Source: Basidiobolus meristosporus CBS 931.73
Taxonomy: Eukaryota > Fungi > Basidiobolomycota
Assembly: GCA_002104905.1 (NCBI GenBank)
Contig: MCFE01000145.1
Location: 62,001-126,000, forward strand
DNA length: 64,000 nt
Direction of reading: 5' to 3'
In this document: piece after piece, positions 37,960 to 50,226 of the stretch
How the letters are laid out: each line of letters opens with the position of its first letter
How positions within the stretch are numbered: the stretch's first letter is position 1
Program-made: the position numbers and the translations under genes
Notes under the pieces: model-generated
The model's input: only the letters and a program-made list of their open reading frames with translations
Database searches by the model: none
Told to the model about the DNA's origin: nothing

Positions 37960-40526
37960 AGACTTGTTCTGTTGGATAGTGCCAGATCAATCTGGCACTA
38001 TAGTTTCTACCATCATGCCAGTGTCAGGTTATAGTTACTGATAACTTTACTCAATCTTATTTATGTTGCTCAGAGTAGTGCTTTCCTTGCTTTATTTACT
38101 CTTGATAATGCCCCAGACACATTTCTCTCAGTGGATGTCTTCTTGTACAAATATACTCTGCGTTGATAAGTATCATAACAATTTTACCTATTCTTCAGTT
38201 TTCTCCTATATATGACTTTCCTGCATATTTAGCTGTCAGTAAGCTGAATTGCTTCATATATCCCAAAGTATGTTCTACCCTCACTCTGAAATGATTAAAT
38301 ATCTCATTGTAGAGCTTCTGCTTCCTGCTAAGCATGCTATCCCTTGGCTTCCTATAAGCTGTAATACATCCTAATCTCTGACAATCCTCTCCTACATAAG
38401 CTATGTCAGCCATACATATCTCCCCTCTACTGAATTCTGGATGATTCTCTACCCAGAGTGCTTTGTCATGCCTACTTCCAGCAAATGGCCCACCAAACTG
38501 GATGATGTTACCCTCAATGTCAGACAGTGCTTGAAACATCACACAGTGTGCCTTGTACTTGCCAGAATAAAAGTGCCTCTGCCCTCTAGAAGGTTTGTTA
38601 ATCCTGACTGGGAAGGTATCCAAAATACTCCTGATATGGAGCCTATTGCTGAACACTCTGGGATATGGAAATCTATTGGCGCTTCTGAACCAGGTACTCC
38701 AAGTTTGCTCTAAGTCATTCATACCCTCTGCAAGGTGGTTCTCCATGCTATCAGTAGGGAATGAGCACTTCTAAGACTTTTGTTGCCATGGATGGTGGGA
38801 TCAAACCTTGTAGGGCAATAGTTTTTGTTATAGCAGTGAAGCTTAACATGGGATCTCCTAGAGTAGATTGGGATTGATGGACCACAGTACTTGGTGAAGA
38901 TCTCCTCTAGTGTGTCAAAAGGAAATTCAGTAGTAGTAATGGGATTCATGAGAAAAGACCATTCAGATGGGTAAGTTGTATTAGAATTGGTGGAGGATTG
39001 GCTGAGGTGATTTGATGCAATTGGGCATGATCAGCTTTATTTTTCTGATTTCCATTCATTATGATTAAATCCTCATTAATTACTATGTATCCCATTATTA
39101 TGTTGCAAAAATCATCCTCAAACAATGACTGGGTATTTTTATTGATGTTTAATGCACAAGTCTATAATCAAATAGGATGTCTGCAATTGAGGTGATCTGA
39201 TCCCTGTCAATTCAATTCAAGATCTATCATGCATAATATATGGGAAATTCAACAATCACATTAGTTTTCATATATTTTTCATATAAGACCAGGTTGATGC
39301 CAATAAACCACTCTATAAGTATCCAAATCCATCACCATGGTTCCTATACCAAGTCTCAACTCATCTTTAGTTCAACCCAGACATAACCCATCCCCCAGCT
39401 CACAAGCACAGTCTGGACCATATAAGGCAATGTTGGATCCATTCAAGTTCTTGCCAAGGTAAGCTGGTGTGATAGTCAACCGGCTTATGGGATAGTACTG
39501 ATCAGGTAAGACAAATGGGATAAAACTAAAATAAGTGTAGTAGATATATAAGGAAGTAGAAAATATGGGAATGAGCACATCTGTCAGTGGGTGTCACTGT
39601 CACCCCACTACAGCATGGCCAAGCTGCAGCATTGCACTCATCAACTAGGAGGCAAAATACTGACTACAAATACACAAGTAGCCAAGAGGATAGTCAACCA
39701 GAAAGTAGTTTAAGTGTGCAAAGTGAATTGCTACCAAATGCTTCAGTAATAATCCCTGCAAGAAAAAATCCTAGGAGAGGATGATGCAATTGCATTGAAT
39801 TGCTATTATTTGTTATGATCCAAACAATGCATTTCTTTTGCAATCTGCATTGAGCTATTGCAAATCAGTGATCACTAAATTTTTGATATGAGCAATGTTA
39901 AGGTTGACTCACAGTTGAGACAGGATCCCTATAAATAAACACCCTTCATATGTATACACCTTCTGTGGCACCAGTTCAGCCATTTGATCTGATTTGCACT
40001 CATACAATTGGTTGCATGCTAGCTATGACACCTTGTCCATTGGCTAGGATCAGGGATTTACTTGCTTAATGGGCAAAATGCAATATTTGATGGCAAATCA
40101 GGTAGCTTATGTATGGTCAAAGAGCCAATTGGGGACTGACAGCTTCAGGATACTTTTGGACCAATTAACCACTGAGATACCATCCAACGGGAGTGATGGT
40201 AACCAAAATGGTAAGTATCAGTGTAGTTTATAGTGTGATATGCATTTATTTCCATTTACATTGAAGAAACATACCCAGATACCGGATTTTACCTACCATA
40301 ATAGAGGTATCCGATTGCACACATAATGCAAGCATTACAAGTGGGTGCAATCATTTGTGCCAACCTCATTGTGTCAGATTGTGCCATAGTGTGCAAGATT
40401 GTCTCAAATGGTGCAAAGTTGTCCAAGAGCAATCCTGCCTACTGGTAGCTACAATATTGCTCCAAATCACTCTTAGAGACCACTGATCATGCCACATGCC
40501 CTGGCATGGTATGATGGAACAGGTCT
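37960..40526 (-). mobile_element. Pangu-like copy 3, internally deleted, AAT TSD
   Basis: AGACTTGTT at 37960 and AACAGGTCT at 40526, with AAT on both sides. Broken transposase ~38090-38990. The 5' half of ORF2 is replaced by an LTR-B stub. Confidence 0.9.
39458..39612 (-). repeat. LTR-B terminal stub within Pangu copy 3
   Basis: Ends GTGTCACTGTCACCCCACTACA, as at 21608 and 53309. Confidence 0.85.
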
Positions 40527-40928
40527 AATGTTGGTACAGTAGTGACCAATGAATGGTCAAGTATGACTTGGGTGGTAAAACACTAGCCATGATGCTGGTA
40601 GTACTTCCTATGCTGCCTGCATGCTTCATGGCTGAGAGGCTTGTCATAATAGCCACATGGTCTTTTTTCTCTTCTCTTACAGTGTTGAGTCAAAGTAGTC
40701 TTGTCCATGGGGCAAACAGTCTGACCTTCATCAATGTAACGCTATTATATCACTTCTTGGTCAATACTCATGTGAGCTTAAGACAGTCTTGTATTTGAGA
40801 CATTGCACCTACATGAATGTAAGATTCAATGATGACCTGCCATAGTAAGCATATAAATAAAGTTGTGGCACCACATACACACATATATGTAGCACTATTC
40901 CCCTTTGATTTGACTCACTTCCATATAT

Positions 40929-43235
40929 ATGCTGCCAAAAAACAAAGCAAAGTTTTCTGGTTCCCAACCAAACCCCACCACTGGTGGCAACAGAAGAACA
41001 GTTGGACAACAGCTTGCTTTGACATTCAATGCAACAAGTAGGGCTACATCCAAAAAAGGCCCTGTGGACAGTGTGCCCATTGAAGGTAGTAGTGCAGACT
41101 CCTTGGGCTCTCAGTCAAGTAGGCATTTGAGAACCTTGGTGGAGCCACAAGCTGATCATTATACTCAGGTGGATGAGAATGTGGCCAACACAGTACCCTC
41201 AGTTGAAAACCAGCAAGTGGTCATGATAGTGTCATCACCATCCATATTAGCAAGTATGTTGTCAGCTCATACCAAAGCATCAATGAGGTATTAAGTGCAG
41301 TGGCTGATAGGATAGATGTAATAGCCCAGAGATACCTGAAAGTAGTCCAGAAGCAGGATGAGCAAATAATACATGTAGAGCAATCAATATCTCAGGTAGA
41401 GGAAGCAGTATCTTTGCTGCAAAGAAGGAACCCAAGTAGCTCAATGTCACAGCCAAGAGCTGAGCCATTTCCCAATGCAACAGCAGAGGAACACCATACA
41501 GTCTTTGAAGCACAACAACAGTTCCCAAAGATAAGGCCACAGTAACACCTATTGCAGAGTGGGAGGGAGACAATGTGCCGTTTCTACCAAAGCCTAAAAA
41601 TCAAAAGACATTAAAGATTTGTGAGGCCATTGAGTGCAATAATGAAGAGTCGGCTAATATACAAGAGGCTATCAGAAGTCTAGCATGCCATAATCTTAAG
41701 GCCAGCATGCCATGGGACCATGAGGAACTCAAGGTCAAGCAGAATGCACTTGACTTGTTCCATGAGCATAAATCTAGATTCAAACCTGCAAATGGATTTT
41801 GGGCCAGCATTGGTATTCTAAGAAGGTATCTCAAGAGTAATACCAGCTATCAAAGGCAGAAGAACAAGGGTGCCATGGCTAAAAACCAGCAGCTTCCTCA
41901 AGAGCCTATTAAAAGCAGAACCAAAAGCTTCAGACAAGCTTCAAAGAGATATCAGGTAGCTGGAAGAGTGCCAATTAAGGACAAGCAGGCAGACATAGAT
42001 GCACAATCACAACATTTATCAAGGGAAAATTGTAGTACCACTCAAGAAACACCCAGTCAATGTAGCAGTGAAGGACCTGGCAGTGATAAAAACCAGTTGC
42101 TTCTACAGGAGCCTGTCACAACAACCTTTCAGAGCTCAAAACAAGCAGAAAAAAACCTCAGGTTGCCTGAAGAGCTCCAGCAAGGGACAAGCAGGCCAAA
42201 ACAAATGTGTCAGAGCAGAATTTATCCAGGAGAAAATGTAGTTCTTTACAAGAAGCACTCAAACTAGACAACAGTGAAAGACCTGACAGTGATAAAGGAA
42301 AAGGTTAAGGGAAAAGTATCCACCCAAGCCTGAGACAGAGAGTTATTCAAAAAAACTGCAGTTCTTGCCACTAACACTGCAAGCCCAGAACAGACTGAAT
42401 CCCATCATAGCCGAGAAGAATTACCAACAAGAAAACAGCTGTTTTCAGCAGAGTTGGAAGTGCTGTTACAAGTCTTGGTATAAGAGTTGTAGAGGAATAG
42501 GGAGTTTAGCTAGTATTGTATTCACTAAAACTTGAACTGATTTTTATTGAAGTTCCAGCAGCTCCTTATATACATTTTGCCAGATCAATTGCTGACTAAT
42601 TGTATTTCCTAATGTAGGTTGTGGCTGAGGACTCATTTGATTGCATCATCATCACCCAATAAGATCCTACTTAATATATCTATTTCTGTCTGATAAGGAT
42701 CTGCTGATTCATTAGCTGACTAATGCTACTGATTTCATAGATAATACTGATATACTGATAACCTAAACATATACTAATTAATTTGACTAAAAACTGATAT
42801 AACTTAAACATTCAAGCGGCAGATCATAACAGTGCAGCCAGTTGAGCTACACTCCAGAAAGGTAGATGAGTTTGCTACAAATGGCAATTGTCTACCACAG
42901 CCTCCATTGTTGACAGAGTGGAGATCCCACTAACGGACAAGGCTACACTGTCAAGAGCCCAAAAGACTATCACAATGCTTTCAGTGGAGTTCTGGAACAT
43001 TTATAAGCACACCAGGAGGTTGCAGCACTTCTTCAGGAGCAGTGCTCAAGAAAATGCACTGGAATATTGCAAGTATTTATTGCAAGGAATGACAGATGAG
43101 GTGCTAGACCTTGTAGTGCCAGCTGAAGACCAAGACATGTGGAAACCAGTGAATGAACAATGGCATAAAGCTGTTGGGCTCCCAACAAAGTTGTGGAACC
43201 AGAGCATTAGTGCAGAAATACTTACCAAGTAGTGG
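40929..43235 (+). pseudogene. Second ORF of the CACTA-like element (TnpA-analogue candidate), frameshifted and split by a solo LTR
   Basis: Consecutive ORFs 40929-41294, 41300-41545, 41575-42267 and 42888-43232 lie within the TIRs. Homologous remnants at 28200-28800 and 29440-29970. Confidence 0.65.
42464..42831 (-). repeat. Solo LTR-A (368 bp), GTGC TSD
   Basis: TGTTACA...CATAACA ends. GTGC at 42460-42463 and 42832-42835. Confidence 0.93.
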
Positions 43236-44210
43236 ATTTAATAGAGTTACTTGTTGAGTGTGGGGTTGGGCTTAATGTTAGTCTAGGGTACAGGGACTTG
43301 TGTAGGTCAATATAATTGGCAATTGAGGTACAACAGAAGTTTCAACTGAAATAAATCAATTTGTATGCATGAGAAGTTAGACAAATGGTTGAGTCAGGAA
43401 GTAAGGAGTGTGAAAAAGAGGAAATAGCCAATCAATGCACACAAACATAGGAGGCAATAGAGTGTCCAGCATCAGAAAGTGAGCAAATTAGCAGGGAACC
43501 AAACAAAAGCCACTTATACACTGTTGTGATTAAAAATTTTGTCAAAGTTTTTTGTAAAATCTGGGGTGCAATTATTTTTCAACAGTCTCTGGATGGTGTC
43601 CTGATAGGATCAGTACCTGTTAGTCACAAGACTTTAACTTTGTGATGGCCTTTTGGCAGGATCATCTTATTAATTTCTCATAGGGGGTTATGATTGCATA
43701 CTACCAGTTGAGTTAGACACAGTCACTTAGAACTCATTGGATAGGAAATCTAATATGCAGACTGAAGACCTCCTAACCACTTGTACAGAGCAACTTCATC
43801 ACTATGACCTAAACATTAAAAGAGCTGCTGAACAACTTAAGGATACATGGCTGAAGAACAAAGTACCCTTTGACAAGTGACACTCAACAAGACTGAAGCC
43901 ACTATTGCTAGGAGACCCAGTATTACTATATGATTCCACCTTGGACAAGCTATGGTGTTGGAAATTTGACAACAAATGGACTAGCTCCTACCTCATTTCC
44001 AGAGTGATTGGAAATGGAAGTTATTACATATCTGAGCTTGACAACACCCAGATGAGAGCACCAGTTACAGGGAACCAACCTATGTTATTCAAGCATAGGG
44101 ACTTTACACATCTGGATTAATTTGTTTTGACTCAAGCTCAAAGCTGAGAGGGGGGTTGAAGTAGTGGGGTCACAGTGACACCCACTGACATATGTGCTCA
44201 TTACCATATT

Positions 44211-44570
44211 AGACTTGTTCTGTTGGATAGTGCCACATTGAGCCATGAGTGCCAAATGATGCCATATTGTGCCAGACAGGTAAAGTGAGCCTTTACTTGG
44301 CCACAGAGTGTGAAACATAGCTCTGCATCTTCATGTAAAGCAGCCCCTGTGTTTCACCCATTGCACAGGAGAAAATCCATTTTTTGACCTTTTTTTGTGG
44401 ATCAATGTAGCTCAGGATGTGTAAGAGCACAGGAGAGCTGAAGATATGCATCTGGTACTCAATACCCGTGGCACTCTGAATCTAGCTCCTGTAGCTTGTA
44501 TCATGTCACAAAAATGAATGGCACTATCTTGGTCCACTGGCACTATCTGGCACTATATTTAAATATTATT
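44211..44570. mobile_element. Single arm of the 734-bp foldback MITE inside the 3' LTR-B
   Basis: ATT + AGACTTGTT start. Matches 676-1032 and stops at the loop. Confidence 0.88.
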
Positions 44571-44923
44571 CCTCAAAGACACTCTTCTGTCTTTGTAACT
44601 ATTGACCACAGCTGCATTCATATCAGGTCCCTGCTGGTGAAGTTTGCAGTTGCTTTGACTTTGGAAGCTTTAGTACATTGTCATCAAAGGACCCTGAACC
44701 CATCACATCCTTTTGTTAAGATGCCAACTAATTTGGGGATTGTAGTTCAATAGCTTTCCCTTGACAAGCTTGTGGCTTTATTCCCCATTACATTAGATTA
44801 GAGATAGAACCCAAGTATTCCTAACAAGCTTTTGCCAGGGGTTAATGAACCCAGTGAAAACCCAACACAAAACACTTGAGAAGTGTTGGATGTATCTCTC
44901 CCTTGGACTTATACACCACCACA

Positions 44924-45900
44924 TTGTGCACACTGGCCACAATTGACATACTTCTATCACCTCAACTTTGTGGCTTTCTAGTGTGATACTGGCAAAGTTG
45001 CCATATACCTTGTACTGCAGGTAACATACACATCTTGCAAACATATGCTTGGTTGTTGCCACTTCTGCCATGAATAACTCCAATATATGCGCAAAGTACT
45101 TCTTGGTATTTAGCCAATATATTCGTTCTCCCTACAGGATTCTAGTTCCCCTTAGAGGTACACTCTGGCTTTTATTTGTGTGAATGCAATATTGAATGGT
45201 GTAGAAGTTGGCTTATGACAATTAGAAATCTGGCATATATTGGTAGAGTTTTATTGATAAAAACTAACTGATTATCCACATATTGGGGCTGCTTAGCTTC
45301 TTAATGCCCTAGGCATAGGTGTCTCTGTATGCACATCTGTCTTCAGTATTTTCCAACTCTTCTTGCCTGTTCTCCAGGTGCCAACTCAGCACATGCATGC
45401 CCAACTTGAAGGTAATATTTTTGATGAGATTGGGATATGGTAGTACCTGCAACTTGACTTGTCTTCTTGTCTCCCCACACATCCACTCCATGGGAAACTC
45501 CCAAAAGGTGAAGCAAGGCCCAATATTCTCCACACACCATGCAAGATTGAGTAGAGAATTGATGCAGTAGTGGCAGAGATCTACATGTTCAGCTTTATGT
45601 TTGTAATACAGCCGCTCAAATCTTGTCATAAATTACTTGCACAACAGCTGTAGATGTGTCAAGTTGGCATTGGTGATCTGCTTCTGGAAAGATATTCCTA
45701 CAATGTCCACCTACGACTCCCAATGCTTCTAATGTACTCTTGGTAGGAATGGCTTTAAAACACCACTTGAATAATTGCATACTCAGTTCCTCCAGTCTTG
45801 GCATTTGTATTGTTGAATCTGAGTATGAATATTGATTGGGGCCCATGAGAAGTACTTAAGGTAGCAGATACTCTGTAATATCTTGCCAATTCTTTCTAAT
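44924..45900 (-). mobile_element. CACTA-like transposase remnant (continuation of 29978-30538)
   Basis: ORF 45309-45629 has the EnSpm motif. Collinear with 36900-37730. Confidence 0.75.
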
Positions 45901-45949
45901 TTCTCTAATTTCTTAAAGGTCTCAGTTAACTTGAAATGCCCCATGTACA

Positions 45950-48900
45950 ATTTGGTCATCAATATAGGGTAATATCAAGGTCATCTCATGTTTAAGTCAG
46001 AACCCCTAAAATAAATACCCTGCATATATATACATCATCTGTAACACCAGTTTAGCCATTTGATTTGATTTGCACCTACACTATCACTTGGGTACCAGCT
46101 TGGACACCTATCCAATCACTAAGATCAGGGATTTACTTGCTAAATGTGCTAAATGAGATATTTGATGGCTAATCAGCTAGCTTATGTATTGGTTGGTGAG
46201 CCAATTAAGGGCTGACAGATTCAGGTTGCTTTTAGACCAATCAACCATTGACATACCATCCAATTGAGGTGACAGCAAAAAAAATGGTAAGTACCAGTGT
46301 AGGTTATAGTGAATACACATTTATTTCAACTTACATTAGTGAAACATATCCATATACAAATTTTACCTACAACAGAGGTAGTATCCAATTGCTCATATAA
46401 TGCAAACATTACAAGCTGGGACAATTATCCATGGCAACACCATCATGTCAGATTGTGCCATAGTGTGCAACAGTGTCCCACTTAGTGTGAAGTTGTCCAA
46501 GTGCAATCCTGCCTACTGGTAGCTACAATTTTATGCCCAATTGTCCTTTGCAACCACAGATGGTACAATGCACCCTGGCATGGTACAATAGAGGAAGTTG
46601 GATGTATTACAAGACAAGCATTGAAGCCAAAAATGAGCTGAGAGTGAGGGGATCTCATAAGGGAGCCATGCAAGAACAATTCCCTGCCCAATTTGCACAG
46701 CACTGGCTGGACATGTTTGTTTGGGACTCAACCTTGGAAGCCAATGAGATTTTGGATAGGTTCTTGCCTCAGATGAATAATAGACTTGTTCCATTGTGCC
46801 ATTAATTATAGTGCCAGAGAGTGCTGTATATTTTGTTATTAGTTTGATATTTTAGGGTCATATGCATGACAATTTTGATCCTAAACTGGCACCGTATGGC
46901 ACCATCTGGCACTCTGAGGCATGATCAGGCACCATCTGGCATGCTATGGCACTATTGGGCACTATGATCAGCCGGAATGATGGAACAAGTCTAATGTATT
47001 ATGTCATATATTAGTAGAGCTAAGTGGCTTCCAAGAGCAATATGCACAGGACTCACCAAGGCAACAGTTCCAAAGTATTAGACAAAGGGTAAGTGAATAC
47101 CTTGAGGAAGTGGAAGGTGAGCTTCAAGAGGAAGAATAAATGGCACAAGTAGCTGTGTCTAGATTGTGCCAGCTTGCCTTGCTGGACTACTTATTATCTC
47201 TTGCAATGCAAGCATTCCAGTGCACATCAGCCCAATCTACACCAACACCCTACACAAGCTTACCCTGCATTGAGTTGACACACATCAGATCAATGTGTGT
47301 GCCTTAGAGCAAAACTACCAGAACTTACCAATCTGCTCATTTGATATAAGTCAATTAGAGCAGGGCAAGTTGCAACAACATGTAACATTACTTCAAACTC
47401 ATCCAAGGGCTATGCCAATGCATCAAGTTGCACCTGTGCAATGCAAATCAGCACCAAATGATTCAGTAATAGTCCCTGTGAGAAAAAAACCTAGGAGAAG
47501 AGGATGCAATTGAATTGAATTGCCATCCTTTGTCATGATGTATACAATGCATTTTTCTTGCAATCCAAGTCAAGCCATTGCAAATCAGTGATCACTAAAG
47601 TTTTGATATAAGTAATATCAAGGTTGTCTCATATTTGAGACAGAACCCCCTATTAGTAAACACCCTGGGTGTATATACATCATCTGTAACAGCAGTGCAG
47701 CTATTGCATCTGAGTTGCACCTATGCAATCACTTGTGTGCTAGCTATGTTAACTGGTCCAATCACTAAGATCCGGGATTTGCTTGCTAATTGGACAAAAT
47801 TGAATATTTGGTTGCAAAGCAGGTAGCTTGTGTAGTGGTAAATGACCCAACTAGGGCTCTCAGCTTCAGGATACTTTTAGACCAATCAACCACTCATATC
47901 CCATCCAATTGGAGTGTTGGTAACCAAAATGGCAAGTTTCAGTTTAGATTATAGTGTGATACACAATTTTTTTCATTGACATTAACAAAACATATCCAAA
48001 TACTGAATTTTATCTACCACCAAAGTGGCATCAAGTTGTGCACATGATGCAAACATTGCATGTTGGCACATTCATCCATGCCAACCATATTGTGTAAGAT
48101 TTTCCATTTGCACCAAATTGAATCAAACCACACCTATGCAATCACACATCAATCCTGATATGCCTTACTTATCTGAATTGTCTTTTCTTATCAATCTCAT
48201 CACTATCACTGGATTCTGTTTTGACACATCAGAGGAGATCTATACCAAGTACTGTGGACCATGTACCTCAATCTACTCAAGGAAACCCTTTGTAAAACTT
48301 CTCTGCCACTACATGAACTATTGCTCTACAAGGTTTCATCCCACCATCATTGGCAACAGAAATCCTGGAAGCTTTCATTTGCTGCTGACAGAAATGTGGA
48401 ACCATCTTGCTGAGGGTATGAATGACTTAGAGCAAGCTTAGAATACTTGGCTCCAAAGCACCAACAGACTTCCACATCCCAGAGTGCTCAGAAATAGGTT
48501 CCATATCAGTAATAATTTAGATACATTGCCAGTCAGGATTAACAGACCTACCATGGGCAGAGGCACTTTTATTCCGGCAAATACAAGGCACAATCTGTGA
48601 AGATTCAAGCACTGTCTGGCATTAAGGGTAACATCATCCAATTTAACAGGCCATTGGCTGGAAGTAGGCTACACAAAGCACTCTGGGTAGAGAATCATCC
48701 AGGTATTAGCAGAGGAGAGAAATGTATGGCACACTTAGCTTATATAGGAGAACATTGTCAGAGGTTAGGATGTATCACAGCTTACAGGATGCCAAGGAAT
48801 GTTGTGCTTAGCAGGAAGCAGAAGCTCTGCAAGGAAATATTGGATCATTTCTGAGAGAAAGTAGTGCATACATATGGATATCTAAAGAGATTCAGCATAT

Positions 48901-49190
48901 TAGCATGTATATACAGAGGAAAGTCATGTATCAAAGAAAGCTACATATTTGGTAATATAATCAGAATACCTATTATTGCACAGTATGATCACATATGAAG
49001 ACATCCACTGAGAGAAATGTGTATGGAGCATTATGAAGAGGAAATAAAGCTAGAAAAGCACTATTCTGAGCAACACAAGTAAGATAGAGTAAAATTACAA
49101 GTAACTGTATCCTGCCACTGTCATGATGGTAAAGATTATAGTGCCAGATTGTGCTGTCAGGTCCTGATTGGTAAGTCACTATCAAGTCAG
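45950..49190. mobile_element. Rearranged older Pangu relics
   Basis: Left-subterminal (- orientation) 45950-46580; ORF2 to left-subterminal 46590-48115; then transposase in + orientation 48120-49190. Confidence 0.7.
46782..46992. mobile_element. 211-bp MITE with left-end-type TIRs, AAT TSD
   Basis: AGACTTGTTCCAT...ATGGAACAAGTCT ends with AAT on both sides. Removing it restores ORF2 sequence. Confidence 0.92.
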
Positions 49191-49509
49191 GTGATTAATA
49201 TCCAATGAAAAATCTCAAGCTAAGAATTCACCCGATTCTTAGCTGGTATTCTACTGGTATTCTAATGGTACTTTGCTGGTATTCAGCTTGTGTTTTTGGT
49301 GCAAAATTTCAAATGCAATTATTGATAGAAGTAATGGGCTATTGATTAGCAAATTTGATATGGATTCTAGTTGGCCTAGTCTCCTTCTGGAGATCTTGTT
49401 TGCTTGCCTTCTTGTAAGCTAACAATAGAGATATAGAGAGTTGTCAGTTTTCAGAAACCTGGAATTCAACTAATTTTATGATGTATTTTACTGTCCAATT
49501 CATAATTTT

Positions 49510-49940
49510 TTCTTAGGAAATATTATCTGCATTGGAGATACTCCAGCCATCAGTAAGATAGCAGGCATTTCTGGGCAAGATGGATGGTATTGCTGCCAAT
49601 GCATGAGATCCAGGGGATTCATTCCATAACTCATATGTACTGTTTTATCCAAATACTAATACCAAGGACCTCATCTTCCCTCAGAGAAAATATACAGATG
49701 TCAGCATGTAATTGCAGCAGAGCTGGCAAGCTATAGGAGATTGGCCAGAATGTGGAATTAACTGAGCATTTGAGATACTATAGATAGAAGGAACCTGTTG
49801 GAGCAAAAGCTTTCCACAGGGAGCAATATCCCCATTGCAGTGATCAAGTGGTACATGGGGCATCTCAAGATATATGGGCCCTTTGAGATACTGGAGAAAT
49901 CTTAAACAATTGGCAAGATATTACCAAGCATCTACTACCC
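49510..49940 (+). pseudogene. CACTA transposase fragment
   Basis: Translates as IICIGDTPAISKIAGISGQDGWYCCQC, an EnSpm D-x-PA...C-x2-C motif. Confidence 0.6.
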
Positions 49941-50226
49941 ATACCCTATGAAAAATAATTTGATCCCATGGGTGAATCCAATGCAGATCAGCCAACAAGA
50001 ACCATTGAGGAGACCACAATAATATTTGCAGCTTGGAATTAATAGACTTGTTCTGTTGGATAGTGCCACATAGTGCCAGCCTGTTTATGGTGCTGGATTG
50101 ATCTGTCACTCTACGGCACTATCTGGCACTATAATTTCTACCATCATGCCAGTGGTATGATGGAGTTACTGGCAATTTTACTCAATCTTACTTATGTTGC
50201 TCAGAATAGTGCTTTCCTTGCTTTAT

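Larger units (their letters stand above)
36341..43685 (-). mobile_element. CACTA/EnSpm-like DNA transposon with both termini, inserted in Gypsy-B integrase
   Basis: TIRs CCCTATGAAAAATAATT and TAATTTCTCATAGGG. Flanks rejoin as integrase PFKLLYG/YDCILPVE. Contains transposase remnants, ORF2, Pangu copy 3 and a solo LTR-A. Confidence 0.82.
30539..44923 (+). mobile_element. gag-pol: Ty3/Gypsy element, family B, expanded by nested insertions
   Basis: 5' LTR 30539-31599. PBS-like TGGCACCCAAGATGGG at 31604. gag ~31740-32600, RT 32900-33630 (YSGYDQ), RNase H (TVDASP), integrase 34401-34795 + 36026-36340 + 43686-44120. PPT GAGAGGGGGG; 3' LTR ~44160-44923. Confidence 0.88.

Noticed and set aside
41575-42267. 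Stand-alone host gene (230 aa)
   Set aside because: It lies between CACTA TIRs, is continuous by frameshifts with adjacent ORFs, and downstream parts recur in other CACTA relics.
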